Shown one piece after another: positions 1-16,799 of a stretch of DNA of 64,000 nt (the first letter of the stretch is position 1; every line of letters begins with the position of its first letter). The notes below the pieces were generated by a model. That model had not been told where the DNA came from. It saw nothing but the letters and a program-made list of their open reading frames with translations, and ran no database searches. Location: contig NIVC01000607.1 of assembly GCA_002269645.1 (NCBI GenBank), positions 1 to 64,000 on the forward strand, read 5' to 3'. The position numbers were made by a program, and so were the translations under genes. The stretch comes from Macrostomum lignano. Lineage: Eukaryota.

Positions 1-170
1 GGTAATAAAGATTTGTCCTCTTATCTTAGTAATGAGATATTCAACGAATGACGCGTTACATGTTGCAACAGATTAATAGAAAATGAAAATGATCTGCCTC
101 CGCATTATTTAATCCCTAGAGCTGACTTTCCTGCGCTCTCCTCCCCCTGATAAACCCGTGCAGTTTTTTG

Positions 171-197
171 AGACAGACAGACGACAGACAGACAGAC

Positions 198-240
<43 letters not shown>

Positions 241-488
241 AAGACAGAAGACAGACAGACGAGACAAACAGACACAGACAGACAGACAGACTAGCGACAG
301 ACAGACAGACAGACAGCGAACAGACAGACAGACAGACAGAAGACAGACAGACAGAGACAGACAGAGATAGACGACAGACAGACAGACAGACAGACAGGAC
401 AGACAGACAGACAGACAGCAGACAGACAGACAGACAGACAGACAACAGAAGACAGCAGACAGAAAGACAGAAGAGACAGAGATAGGAC

Positions 489-524
<36 letters not shown>

Positions 525-597
525 CGACAGACAGACAGACAGACAAGACAGACAGACAGAGACAGACAGACAGACAGACAGACGTAGACAGACAGAC
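171..597. repeat. (AGAC)n microsatellite with many single-base indels
   Basis: Direct reading. ORFs 109..546, 116..736 and 158..370 are translations of this repeat. Confidence 0.95.
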
Positions 598-1333
598 TAA
601 TTAGAAAAATTAGAAAAAAAACATAGTTTGCCTGCTCAGGACTGCACTCCGTTTCGCTCTGCCTAGCTCTCTGTCGTTGTAGTCGCTTCGTTGTATCGTG
701 AAAGGGATTGTCAATGAACGACAAGGCAGCTAACATCTCAGTACTATTCAGTGTCTGTCAGAATTCCAAACATGCATTTACACCCAAGAGTGCAGCGGGC
801 CTATACAGGTGTACTCAGATTCGGTCGGAATTTTTGAACTCTGCAGTTACATGTATAGAGCTGATATAAAAGATTAAAGAGCAAATTCAATAATTGCTAA
901 CTGCAGCTTGTCTAAACAAAAACACATTCAAAATATTTTCGTAGAAGTACAGGGTTTGTTGTGGCGCTGTTGTATTTTCTTCAATATTGTGCGTGCAGTG
1001 CAGAGTGTTCAAGCGTAGAGTACAACAAAATATTTGAATATAAGTTAATGTGAGATTAGAGACACTGATGTATAAGACTAATGTTAAATTAGAAGATATA
1101 AGAATGTGAGATTCGAGCGAAACATGCAGCTCCAGCCGAAAGCAGCAAATTTTCGAGGTCTCGTGTAGGGGCCTTGGGTTCTGTTGACCATCTCATGATG
1201 ATTTACGTCAAGCAGAAAATTGAATTAGTTTAATTACTGAGAAAGAGGTGAAGTTTCCGGGTGTCATACTAAGCAAGAAATAGTTTCACTGATGCATTTT
1301 ACGGACATATTTACACAGAAATCGTCAACTTGA

Positions 1334-2641
1334 CTAAATTATATTGATCGCCTCATCCATGCTTATATTGATAGAATGACTATTCTGAAGCGCCCACTCG
1401 CCAGCGGCCCAGCTCCACCGGCGCTGCTGGTCTGTTCCTGCCGGGTTGGAACTAGCGGTGCGGCTGCTGTTGTTTCCATGGTTTCCACGGCGCTGGCATC
1501 GAAAGAAGCGCAACAGCCAAGCCTGATGGTGGAGTCTGCAGCGAACAGAAAGGCTGAGGTTAATAGCCGAATTCGTCAGAGCCAGCCACATAAACCCATG
1601 TAGACATCCTTGGCAATGAAGAGATGCCACTGCTGCTGGCTGCTGCTGCTGCTGCTGCTGCTGCTCAGGTGTTAAAAACGGTCGCCAGAAGCCAGAGATC
1701 GGTCCCAGATTCCAAAGCTGAATTGGCGCCCAACAGATGGCGAACAGGCCAACCAGCAGAGCGGACAGCCGGAACATCCGCCTTGACCGGGCGATTCGGT
1801 CGCGACTGAGCGAATTGTTGCGACACTGGGGCTGGTCGAAGGCGCACAGGGCTGTGCCCGACGCTGGACACCAGGCGGCAGATGCGGCGGTAAGCTGTGG
1901 CAATGATGCTCAGCGGTGCCACCAGCAGCACCAGCACGATGAAGCTCGAATAGGCGGCTCGAGCTGCCACTTCAACTTCCGGTCGAGCATCGTTGCCGTC
2001 GAATCCAGCAGTTCCAGGCTGCGCTTCCAGCTGTCCTCGCAGCAGAAGGCAGCCGCGCTCTCGTCTAGACTCAAGTTGCCGGCTTCGGGCACGTGCAGCG
2101 GCACCAGATGGTAGTTGACGGCGTTGAAAGGCTGAAACGCCAGCCAGGATCCAGATGAGCGCCAGACTCCCCACGCTGGACCGCCACAATGTACCGAACC
2201 TCCGGCAGCAAGCGGACTCAGCGGTGACGCCGGCGGCCTGCCGATGGCGCCACGAACCAGGCTCACCACGCTCGCATCGCCGCATGCTGACGGCCGTCAG
2301 GGTGAAGATGGAGGCGAACATCAGCATGATGCTGCCGAAGAGAGGAGAACACGCAGACCGGCTCGCCCAAGTCCCAACTGAAGCGGACGAATGCGTAGGC
2401 CGTCACTGGAACTACCATCGCGCCGATGGCCAAGTCGCAGAGGCACAGATTCATCAGCAACAAAGCGATTTGGCTCCGGCGCTGCTTTCGAGTGGCCAGA
2501 ATGGCCTTCATCAGCAAGCCGTTGCCGACAATGGCAGCCAGTCCGGTGAGGCCAAGCAGGCACAGCATCAGGCGGGTGGAAACTGCGACCGAAGCCGAAG
2601 CTGCCGCTGTTGACAGATGGAGGAGCAGTCGCCGGGTCCAT
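1334..2641 (-). CDS. Intronless class A (rhodopsin-like) GPCR, probably a peptide receptor; at least 6 frameshifts (consensus errors or pseudogene)
   Basis: TM motifs are spread over successive frames: TM1 GLAAIVGNGLL, TM2 LMNLCLCDL, TM3 C...ASIFTLTAVS, TM5 YSSFIVLVLLVAPLSIIATAYRRI, TM6 LFAICWAP, TM7 LALTNSAIN. ATG at 2641. The C-terminal end is approximate. Confidence 0.85.
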
Positions 2642-3636
2642 GATAGTAAGCTCTCGAATCTGATGCGAATTAAGAGTTAACTAGAATCGATCTGCACGTA
2701 TATAGATGCTTGTTATTCATCCTCTTCTCTTGTGTGGTATTATAATAACTGTGCATATCTGCTTCCTCATGTCTGAGACCTGTCAGGACCAATCAAAATA
2801 GCCCTACTTTGATCAGCATCAGCATCAGCCACTTGTTTGCTATAGATTGCAGAGAAGCCTTTATATCTCTGCTCCAGATCTCATATGGCCCTCAATTTTG
2901 TTTCTAGCCATCTATTTGGCATCCGTTTGAGATCGCATCCTATGATCTTTTAAAACACGATTGACTGCTGATCGTGAATTCATCCATGGTTACAGCAGCT
3001 TTGCTAAAATTTGGATGTGAATGTTGATTCGGAAATGAAGGAAATGAATGAAGGATGAAGGAGAAGAAGCCTTCGACCATAGACAGGTAATTAAAACAAT
3101 GAGCGGAGATTAATTTCTCCGCCGGAGATTAATTCGCGTCGTGTCGCGGTTCACAGGCCCTGAAATACATTTCTAAGTATAGCGAATAGCGATAGAATCT
3201 TTAGTACAATCTGCGAGCTCCCAAGGCTAAACTTTAATGTACAAAATTAGTGCTGGGTTTTCCTTAATTTCTGTTTGCGCTGGAAAGGTTTTTTTAATTT
3301 CTTTCCTTCTAGGGCAAAACCACGGCGCATAAAGCTCTCTAGAGTCCTGAACCGAATGTGGGTTTGTGCACAAAAAGGATTCTGTTTTGCGCTGTCAAAG
3401 ACTTGAAAGTTGAGTCTATCTATGGTCAAAAACCATCATTTATTATGAATTATTCGATGAAGTGTTCAGACCGCGATTCCTCTTCTGTCACTTTTAGTTT
3501 AAAGTCCACAATGTATTAGCAGGGGCGTCGCCATGGATTTTATGGTGTGGGGGACAAAGCCGAGAATTCTACATGTACATGTAGATGACTAAATTCCTAC
3601 ATGTACATTATTTTCAGAAATCGTGTTGTCAGCACC

Positions 3637-4593
3637 CATTTTAGCGCCGCAGGCAATCATTTTAGCACCGCGGCAATCATTTTAGCGGCAGCAGGCAATC
3701 ATTTAGGCCGCAGGCAATCATTTTAGCGCCGCAGGCACTCATTTTAGCGCCAGCAGGCACTCATTTTAGCGCCAGCAGGCACTCATTTTAGCGCCAGCAG
3801 GCAATCATTTTAGCAGCCGCGCAGGCACATTTTAGCACGCAGGCAATCATTTTAGCGCCAGCAGGCAATCATTTTAGCGCCAGCAGGCAATCATTTTAGC
3901 GCCAGCAGGCACTCATTTTAGCGCCAGCAGGCAATCATTTTAGCACCGCAGGCAATCATTTTAGCGCCAGCAGGCAATCATTTTAGCGCCAGCAGGCAAT
4001 CATTTTAGCGCCAGCAGGCAATCATTTTAGCGCCAGCAGGCAATCATTTTAGCGCAGCAGGCAATCATTTTAGCGCCAGCAGGCACTCATTTTAGCGCCA
4101 GCTGGCACTCATTTTAGCACCGCAGGCAATCATTTTAGCGCCAGCAGGCAATCATTTTAGCGCCAGCAAGCGCAGCGCAGCATCATTTTAGCACGCAGGC
4201 AATCATTTTAGCGCCAGCAGGCAATCATTTTAGCGCCAGCAGGCACTCATTTTAGCGCAGCAGCTCATTTTAGCGCGCAGGCACTCATTTTAGCGCCAGC
4301 AGGCAATCATTTTAGCGCCAGCAGGCACTCATTTTAGCGCCAGCTGGCACTCATTTTAGCACCGCAGGCAATCATTTTAGCGCCAGCAGGCAATCATTTT
4401 AGCGCCAGCAGGCACTCATTGTAGCGCCAGCAGGCACTCATTTTAGCAGCCGCAGGCAATCATTTTAGCACCGCAGGCAATCATTTTAGCGCCAGCAGGC
4501 AATCATTTTAGCGCCAGCAGGCACTCATTTTAGCGCCAGCAGGCACTCATTTTAGCGCCAGCAGGCACTCATTTTAGCGCCAGCAGGCACTCA
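3637..4593. repeat. 22-bp minisatellite (GCAGGCAATCATTTTAGCGCCA)n, about 43 copies
   Basis: Direct reading; several units carry indels. Confidence 0.95.
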
Positions 4594-5591
4594 TGGACAA
4601 AAACCATATCCATAGACAAAAGCCATAGACAAAACCCATGGACCGCTCTGCATCGAAGAGGGGTCGGACCGGCCTTGACGCGGTTGAAATTCATGCAGTC
4701 GCTGCCAAAGACGACTCAGGAGCAAATGAAGCGACCTTTGAGAAGTTCTTGCGAGAAGTTCTTGCAGGGCAACACTGTAGTAGAAGATTGCGCGAGTTTT
4801 AGTTGCGCAACTTCTGATGACGACTTTAAATCAATTCTGATCAGTGTTCCCACGTTTTTTAGTTTGTTTATTATCTACAAAACTTTTAAGAAATCAATTT
4901 GACTTGCTGCACAAATATATCCAAAAAACTCCAAACAGACGCCCAATTCAAAGTAGTTTTAATCACAAAATAGGCGTGTGTGGGTATAGTTGTTTCCTAT
5001 GTTTTGCACTATTGGCTCGTTTAAATTTCCAAGTCGCTTTTCACCGAAAAAAGTTTTCTATGGTTAAAACGCCATCAAATATACAACGTGGGGGGAGGGC
5101 GCTATCGATTTCCTACAGATGAAACCGCGCATCAGCGCTGGCTGTCTGCATTTGCCTAACGCTAATTACAGAAGCAGTCTGCATTTTTTAACATTTGTTT
5201 GATTCTTGGATTATAATAACGTGTGAGCACGAGTGCGTAGCTTTCGCAAATACTGCAGACGGATGTATGCGAAAATATCCGAAAATGTCCCCCTATTATA
5301 TATTTGACATGTAAAACTTGAAAACTGCGAAATTAGTCTGGCTGTTTTGTGTTTTCGCCAGACTAATATCACTAATTAAAAATCCTTTGCCAAGCCGCCG
5401 GCGAAGCCTCTCAATCACCATCATTATTTCATCCGTCGGCTAATATACACATGTAAGTCCGTTTATTTAATGCACGCACTCGCTCTCCCAAAATGACAAT
5501 AGGCAGTAGCTTAGCCACATGTAACTTTTATAATTAGCCTAATCTAACACCAAAGCAGTCGACAATCCGTACCAGTACCCTCGAAATCCTG

Positions 5592-5663
5592 GAGCTCGTG
5601 GCGCAACGGTAGCGCGTCTGACTCCAGATCAGAAGGTTGCGTGTTCGAATCACGTCGGGCTCA
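5592..5663 (+). tRNA. tRNA-Trp-CCA: tRNA-Trp (anticodon CCA), copy 1
   Basis: 72 nt. Acceptor stem GAGCTCG/CGGGCTC, anticodon arm TCTGA-CTCCAGA-TCAGA, T-loop GTTCGAATC, oligo-T terminator at 5669-5673. Near-identical to the conserved animal tRNA-Trp. Confidence 0.97.
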
Positions 5664-6124
5664 AATAGTTTTTATCCTTACATTACAAGAAGTTTCTGCA
5701 TAAAATAAAATAAAATTGAGAAACAGCTTTACGATGTTATTCTTATCAGATTTTTATTAAAGAATTTTTTTCAACAAATACAAATACTTTTTCTGTAGGG
5801 GCGATATGTTTAGAAAAAAATCGCTTGAAAAGGAAAACTTGCGTACTGCGTAGTGATAGTGTTATGAGCATATTTATATTTAAAGCATCTATCTTTTTAT
5901 TTATGCTTTCACTCTTAATGCAAAGAAGCAGAGAAAAGTTTCAATAAAAAACTCTATTGATAAATAAATCATAAGATTGGCTATTTGACAGGTTCAGACA
6001 AACTATATAATTACCGGCTGGTAGGCATGCCCTTTATATTTTACTTTCAGTAGAAAACTCAGATTTTTAAGTTCTTTAAACAAGCTCGAAAAGTCACATC
6101 GTTGAAAACTGATTTAACTCTTAA

Positions 6125-6239
6125 CAGCCACCATCACAAGCTCTGAAAATTATATCGTCGAAAAACAAGCTCCAAACCTAACCCTAACCTAACCGGCTAA
6201 CCCTAACCCTAGCCCTTAACGAGCTTGTGATGGTGGCTG
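6125..6239. mobile_element. 115-bp putative MITE with perfect 19-bp terminal inverted repeats and a TAACCC-rich core
   Basis: CAGCCACCATCACAAGCTC (6125-6143) and its exact reverse complement (6221-6239). No clear TSD. Confidence 0.55.
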
Positions 6240-6443
6240 CTAGCTACTTTTCTTCGTCTTTAATACTTCTAGAGTATTTTCTAAAACTTCTTCGTCGAGT
6301 GAGTTTGCGAATTGCGCATGTACAGCGCAGGGTGATTTTCTGTTTTTTACAGTTACAGTTTGCGAGTAATTAACAGGCGTGATTGGCCTCGCCGCTTCAA
6401 CGACTGTTAAAATAAAAATACAGGCTACTCCCATAAGCTGTTG

Positions 6444-6515
6444 GAGCTCGTGGCGCAACGGTAGCGCGTCTGACTCCAGATCAGAAGGTTGCGTGTTCGA
6501 ATCACGTCGGGCTCA
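6444..6515 (+). tRNA. tRNA-Trp-CCA: tRNA-Trp (anticodon CCA), copy 2
   Basis: Identical to 5592-5663; followed by an oligo-T run. Confidence 0.97.
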
Positions 6516-8093
6516 GATAATTTTTGCTAATTTAGTATTTTTTGCTTACAAATAAATTTGGTTGTTGACTCGTTAAACATGAATCCAAAGATAACCAACG
6601 TTTTTTTTACGACAGAAGCGTTATGCTTTAATCTCAATATTCATAGAGCAGCTCGGAAACTATGGAGTACACTATATTGCCGATATGTTTCGTATAAAAC
6701 CTAACCAAAATGTACAGCTACTCACCGTGATGCGACACTGCGTTTACATTACGATCGCATAAAAAAACAACGAACAGCCCGAACGACCAAACATCGAACG
6801 CTGTTTCTTGACTAGATGAGATTTGTACGCAATACATTAATATTAGAAGTATTGCTAAGCTTCAGATCCGAAACGAAATAGCCGATATGTTATGTATGAC
6901 AGTATATGACAGTATAAGTAGTACGCTTTAGAGCTAAAAAATCCACAAACTAAAAATAACGGCTAGCTTAATTTTACCAAAATAATTCTGTATGCCTAAC
7001 TATTTTTAAAGCCCCCCTTATACCCAATTGCATATAACAAATAATTTTTATCTTTGTCTTTCCAGTGTCAGCTGTTTTACATTGTACAACACAAGAATAC
7101 AATAATGTTACTTACTTGCTACTGTCATCGACAAGAAAAAAATAGTCAAAAAACGGAAAAAGTTCATTTGATTATCAGATAGGAAATTGCATTTTTCTAC
7201 AATGAAAGCAAGCTTGAGTGATTTTAAACAGATTTATTTTTTCTACCGATTTTTTGTAAAAATCAGCACAAAACAACGCATAGTATATGTGGATGGTATG
7301 CAAATTAAATAGCTTCTCAGTAAATTCAAGGGCATCACACCAAAGAAACTGTGCCTTGGATTCTGGAATATGAGGGCAGCGCTTGGCATATAAAAGCATC
7401 AACTCACAACACAACAAAAGCATTGTCGCATCCGTGCTTGTGTACAATAAATATCAATTATTTTTTGTTCAAGACATTTTCACATAAAAAATGAAAAGAA
7501 AAAATTTACACAAAATCGAACAAAAGTACATATTATAACATTATTTGTTACACCAATAATCCACCTTTAGCATCTAGTTACTTTATTTTTTAGTAAGCAT
7601 AGAATAAAATTCAAATCAAGCGCAGTGATTTTTCAATTACTATTATTTAGAAAACACAGTAGAAACTAACAACGATAAAATCAATTTCAACACACTATCA
7701 GTGTCACCTAGGTAAGCTACTCAAAGTAGCACTGGTTGACTAGGCCGACGCAAAAATAGGATTCGAGAATCAAATTTGATGATATCAATAACCAATTTAA
7801 TTTGCAAGAATATCAGCTTTAAATGAACAAACTACAAGTCTCCAGCAAATATACGCTTTAATGTGTACCGCACAGTCACTGTGGATTGTGTATGATAGAA
7901 AGCCGGACAGTGAACTGCCCGAATTCGAGATCTCAAGTCCGTGGTCAGTGGTTCGAATCCGTAACGTAGTTTTATAACTCAGTTCATAGACGAATCGTTT
8001 GTCTCCACGGTAGTTCTGTGCACTGCCAACCGAGAGATGGGAAAGCAGTAAATTTATATTTCATCACAATTTACTAAAGTGCGCCTGGACGTC

Positions 8094-9800
8094 AAATTCT
8101 CACCCAGACATCCAAAGCATCAAAATCTCACCCAAAGACATCTCAAACATCTAAATCTCACCCATAGACATCTCAAACATCTAAATCTCACCCATAGGCA
8201 CCTCAAACATCTAAATCTCACCCATAGACACCTCAAAGATCTAAATCTCACCCATAGACACCTCAACATCTAAATCTCACCATAGACACCTCCAACATCT
8301 AAATCTCACCCATATACACCTCCAACATCTAAATCTCACTCATAGACACCTCCAACATCTAAATCTCACCCATATACACCTCCAACATCTAAATCTCACT
8401 CATAGACACCTCAAACATCTAAATCTCACTCATAGACACCTCAAACATCTAAATCTTACCCATAGACACCTCCAACATCTAAATCTCACTCATAGACACC
8501 TCAAACATCTAAATCTCACTCATATACACCTCCAAACATCTAAATCTCACTCATAGACACCTCAAACATCTAAATCTCACCCATATACACCTCAAACATC
8601 TAAATCTTACCCATAGACACCTCAAACATCTAAATCTTACCCATAGACATCTCAAACATCTAAATCTCACCCATAGACATCTCAAACATCTAAATCTCAC
8701 CCATAGACATCTCAAACATCTAAATCTCACCCATAGGCACCTCAAACATCTAAATCTCACCCATAGGCACCTCAAACATCTAAATCTCACCCATAGACAC
8801 CTCAAACATCTAAATCTCACCCATAGACACCTCAAACATCTAAATCTCACCCATAGACACCTCAAACATCTAAATCTCACCCATATACACCTCCAACATC
8901 TAAATCTCACCCATAGACACCTCAAACATCTAAATCTCACCCATAGGCACCTGAAACATCTAAATCTCACCCATAGACACCTCAAACATCTAAATCTCAC
9001 CCATAGACACTTAAAACATCTAAATCTCACCCATAGACACCTCAAACATCTAAATCTCACCCATAGACATCTCAAACATCTAAATCTCACCCATAGACAC
9101 CTCAAACATCTAAATCTCACCCATAGACACCTCAAACATCTAAATCTCACCCATATACACCTCCAACATCTAAATCTCACCCATAGACACCTCAAACATC
9201 TAAATCTCACCCATAGGCACCTGAAACATCTAAATCTCACCCATAGACACCTCAAACATCTAAATCTCACCCATAGACACTTAAAACATCTAAATCTCAC
9301 CCATAGACACCTCAAACATCTAAATCTCACCCATAGACATCTCAAACATCTAAATCTCACCCATAGGCACCTCAAACATCTAAATCTCACCCATAGACAC
9401 CTCAAACATCTAAATCTCACCCATAGACACCTCAAACATCTAAATCTCACCCATAGACACCTCAAACATCTAAATCTCACCCATAGACACCTCAAACATC
9501 TAAATCTCACCCATAGGCACCTCAAACATCTAAATCTCACCCATAGACACCTCAAACATCTAAATCTCACCCATAGACACCTCAAACATCTAAATCTCAC
9601 CCATAGACACCTCAAACATCTAAATCTTACCCATAGACATCTCAAACATCTAAATCTCACCCATAGACACCTCAAACATCTAAATCTCACCCATAGACAC
9701 CTCAAACATCTAAATCTCACCCATATACACCTCCAACATCTAAATCTTACCCATAGACACCTCAAACATCTAAATCTCACCCATAGACACCCTAACATCA
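8094..9800. repeat. 30-bp minisatellite (CATCTAAATCTCACCCATAGACACCTCAAA)n, about 57 copies, just 3' of JNK
   Basis: Direct reading. ORF 8551..9822 is the repeat translation. Confidence 0.97.
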
Positions 9801-9885
9801 AAACTTCAACCCATTTAAGCACCGAAGTTTTACGACTCCATTAACGGTGTTAAGCAGGTAATAAACTCAGAAGATTGTAAATCAA

Positions 9886-14357
<4,472 letters not shown>

Positions 14358-15177
14358 TTACATGAAATCAAAAGGTAAAATATCTGTTACCATGGAATAA
14401 GGCTTTTTGGATTAAGTAAAATTATCTATATAATTAGAACACATTTTCTATCTACACATATGCTAGGTCATAGCCAAAGTAGTCTAGCACAATGCTCTTA
14501 TATGCTAGCAAACCAGGCCTAAATCCAAGTGCAGTCATATTAGTTTGGGGTAAATTGAAATCTTGATTTGTCTGCTTGTGCAATTAATAGCCTTGGGAGA
14601 AAACCTTTAAGGCACAATAAAGCATCCATGCCTAACAATAAATAAAGTTAGGATTAGGGCCACTATATACTTGTATTATAGAGCTAAATATGACTACATA
14701 TATATCTGCATACTTAATATATCTTATCTACTTATGGAAGTCAATAAAATGGGTAGTAATGCCTCTTACTAGTTGTGTATCAATGTTGCTTAAAAAGTGA
14801 TGTTGCTCTAGCATTTGGGTTTATAATTATAGGCCTAATATTTTTAAGAAAAAAATAAAAATTTTAACTTTAGGAAAAGTTATCCCATTGAAAGTTATGT
14901 ACATATAAAAATAATTAGGTTAAAAAAGGTTCTACTACTTTCTAGAAGTGAATAGGCTTAGCATAGATAGGCTTATTGATTAGGCCTATTATATAATAAA
15001 TATTAGGAGGCCTATATATTATATATAGCCTATAGGCCTATTGCAATACCTAAACCAATCTAGCTAAGCCCCTAGGTCACTAGGTGGCAAGATACCTAAG
15101 TAAGATATAGTATAATTTAATGAACATAAAACATTTAAGTTTTGTTAAGTTCTTAGCCTAGGCTTAATAAAGTTTAA

Positions 15178-15444
15178 AGCCCTATTGCAGCCAATGGCCA
15201 TTTTCGTGGACGGCGTCCGGCGCGGATTGGACTGGTGGCGGCGCGGCGCGCGGCGGCGGCGCGCGCGCGGCGGCGCGCGGTGGCGTGGTGTGTGGCGGCG
15301 GCGCGCAGCGCGCGGCGAGCCATTGACTGACTAATTGAACCAAATCACTGATCCTGGGGACTGGCCCTGGCGCAGTACAGGTAGATGTCTGGCGCGGGAA
15401 AGGGGGGCGTCCGGCGCGGTTCAGACCTTGGCTGCAATAGGGGT
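15178..15444. mobile_element. 267-bp MITE with 17-bp TIRs and TTAA target-site duplication (Kolobok/T2- or piggyBac-type)
   Basis: TTAA(15174-15177)|AGCCCTATTGCAGCCAA ... TTGGCTGCAATAGGGGT|TTAA(15445-15448); one TIR mismatch; GC/CpG-rich core. Confidence 0.8.
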
Positions 15445-16799
15445 TTAAAGCTTAGGCCTATAATAAAATAACTCAACCTAAGTCTAAAATTAAAAATTGA
15501 ATATTGGCTTGGATGGCATCAAAATTTTTGGTTGGATCAAATCAGGATAATAAAATAAGTTTTCCAATTTTTCTAGAGATTCTAGGGAGGGATTCTAGAA
15601 TTTGGGTCAAGAATCCTACCTCTAGCTAGTCAACTATATTAAACACTAGTTGAGGAGGTGGGGGAAGGTCTGGCCAGCCACCCTAGGCCAAGCCATGTCG
15701 CATGCCATTCATCTAGCCTACCTAGTTTTAGAAGTAGAAGACTATAGGCCTAAGGCCTAGGCCTAACTATTGTAGGCCTATTGCAAAAACGTTTACTAAA
15801 AAGATGGTCAATTAGGCCTAATAAATGAAAAACTGAAAAGAAGCAAGCAATGTCGATTGCGTTACAAGTTACAGACGAGATCGTTTTAATGAATGTCTGA
15901 TTTGAAGAACTGTCCCTGTGGGCCTGTGGCTTTCGTCTGTCGCTGTCGGTCTGACGGTCTGGAAACCCACACTGCCACACATTTAGGGTAGCCGCACTAG
16001 CCGGGATGCCCGAGGACAGTTATTAAGACGTTAGTAGTATTAGTAGTATTAGTATAGGAACAAGTGGCTCAGGCAAAATAGCCTGTTTAGCCAATACGAA
16101 AAGCTTGTACTGTACTGTACTGTTACTGTACTGAATATTTTTAAAAGTATGATCGATCTGAGTAGCAAAGAACATTTTCTATGAAATTAATCAAAATTCA
16201 ATCTAGATCTAGTTCAAATTTTCGCCAAAAAGTGCATTGTTAAACAAGTTAAACATCCTTTTAATTTTGAAATACATTTTTTGAATATCAGCTCAAAAAC
16301 AAGCTCAACATCGTTTGCCATCTGTTACAGTCTCGTTCAAAGTTCTTTGTGTCGGATCACTTTTCACTTTGAGTCTATTCTGGTTTTCAGTAGACTGCAG
16401 TTGCAGGGGTTGCCAATGCCAAATACATTTCGGGGGGAAGAGATTACGAGCTTGCTTGATTTGATTGGTTGGCCCAGCTGACCAACTGTTATTAAAAAAA
16501 TTAATAGGCGACAGTCAACACAGCAGGCGATCAACTAGAAACCAAATCCATATAAATGGCACTCAATTTGAACAACTCTTAACTTGAAAATTGTGTAATC
16601 GAAATCGCGCATGAAATGATGCAAAGACTGGCCAGTTCAGAAGGAAATTTTCGTTTAAGCGCTGTTACTATCTCAGAATCAGAACCAGAACCAGAATCAA
16701 ATCCCTGTACCGCTCTACTAGGTCCTCATAAGAATTTATAGTTACATGTAGTTCAAGAGAGGACCTTTTGGTGACTCAGTCACAACAAAGCAAAGCAAC

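Noticed and set aside
3515-4650. Transposon ends around the 22-bp array (CAGGGGCGTCGCCATGG on the left)
   Set aside because: No matching inverted end or TSD found on the right.
7880-7975. Possible tRNA (GGTTCGAATCC followed by oligo-T)
   Set aside because: Only a B-box-like motif; I could not build an acceptor or anticodon stem.
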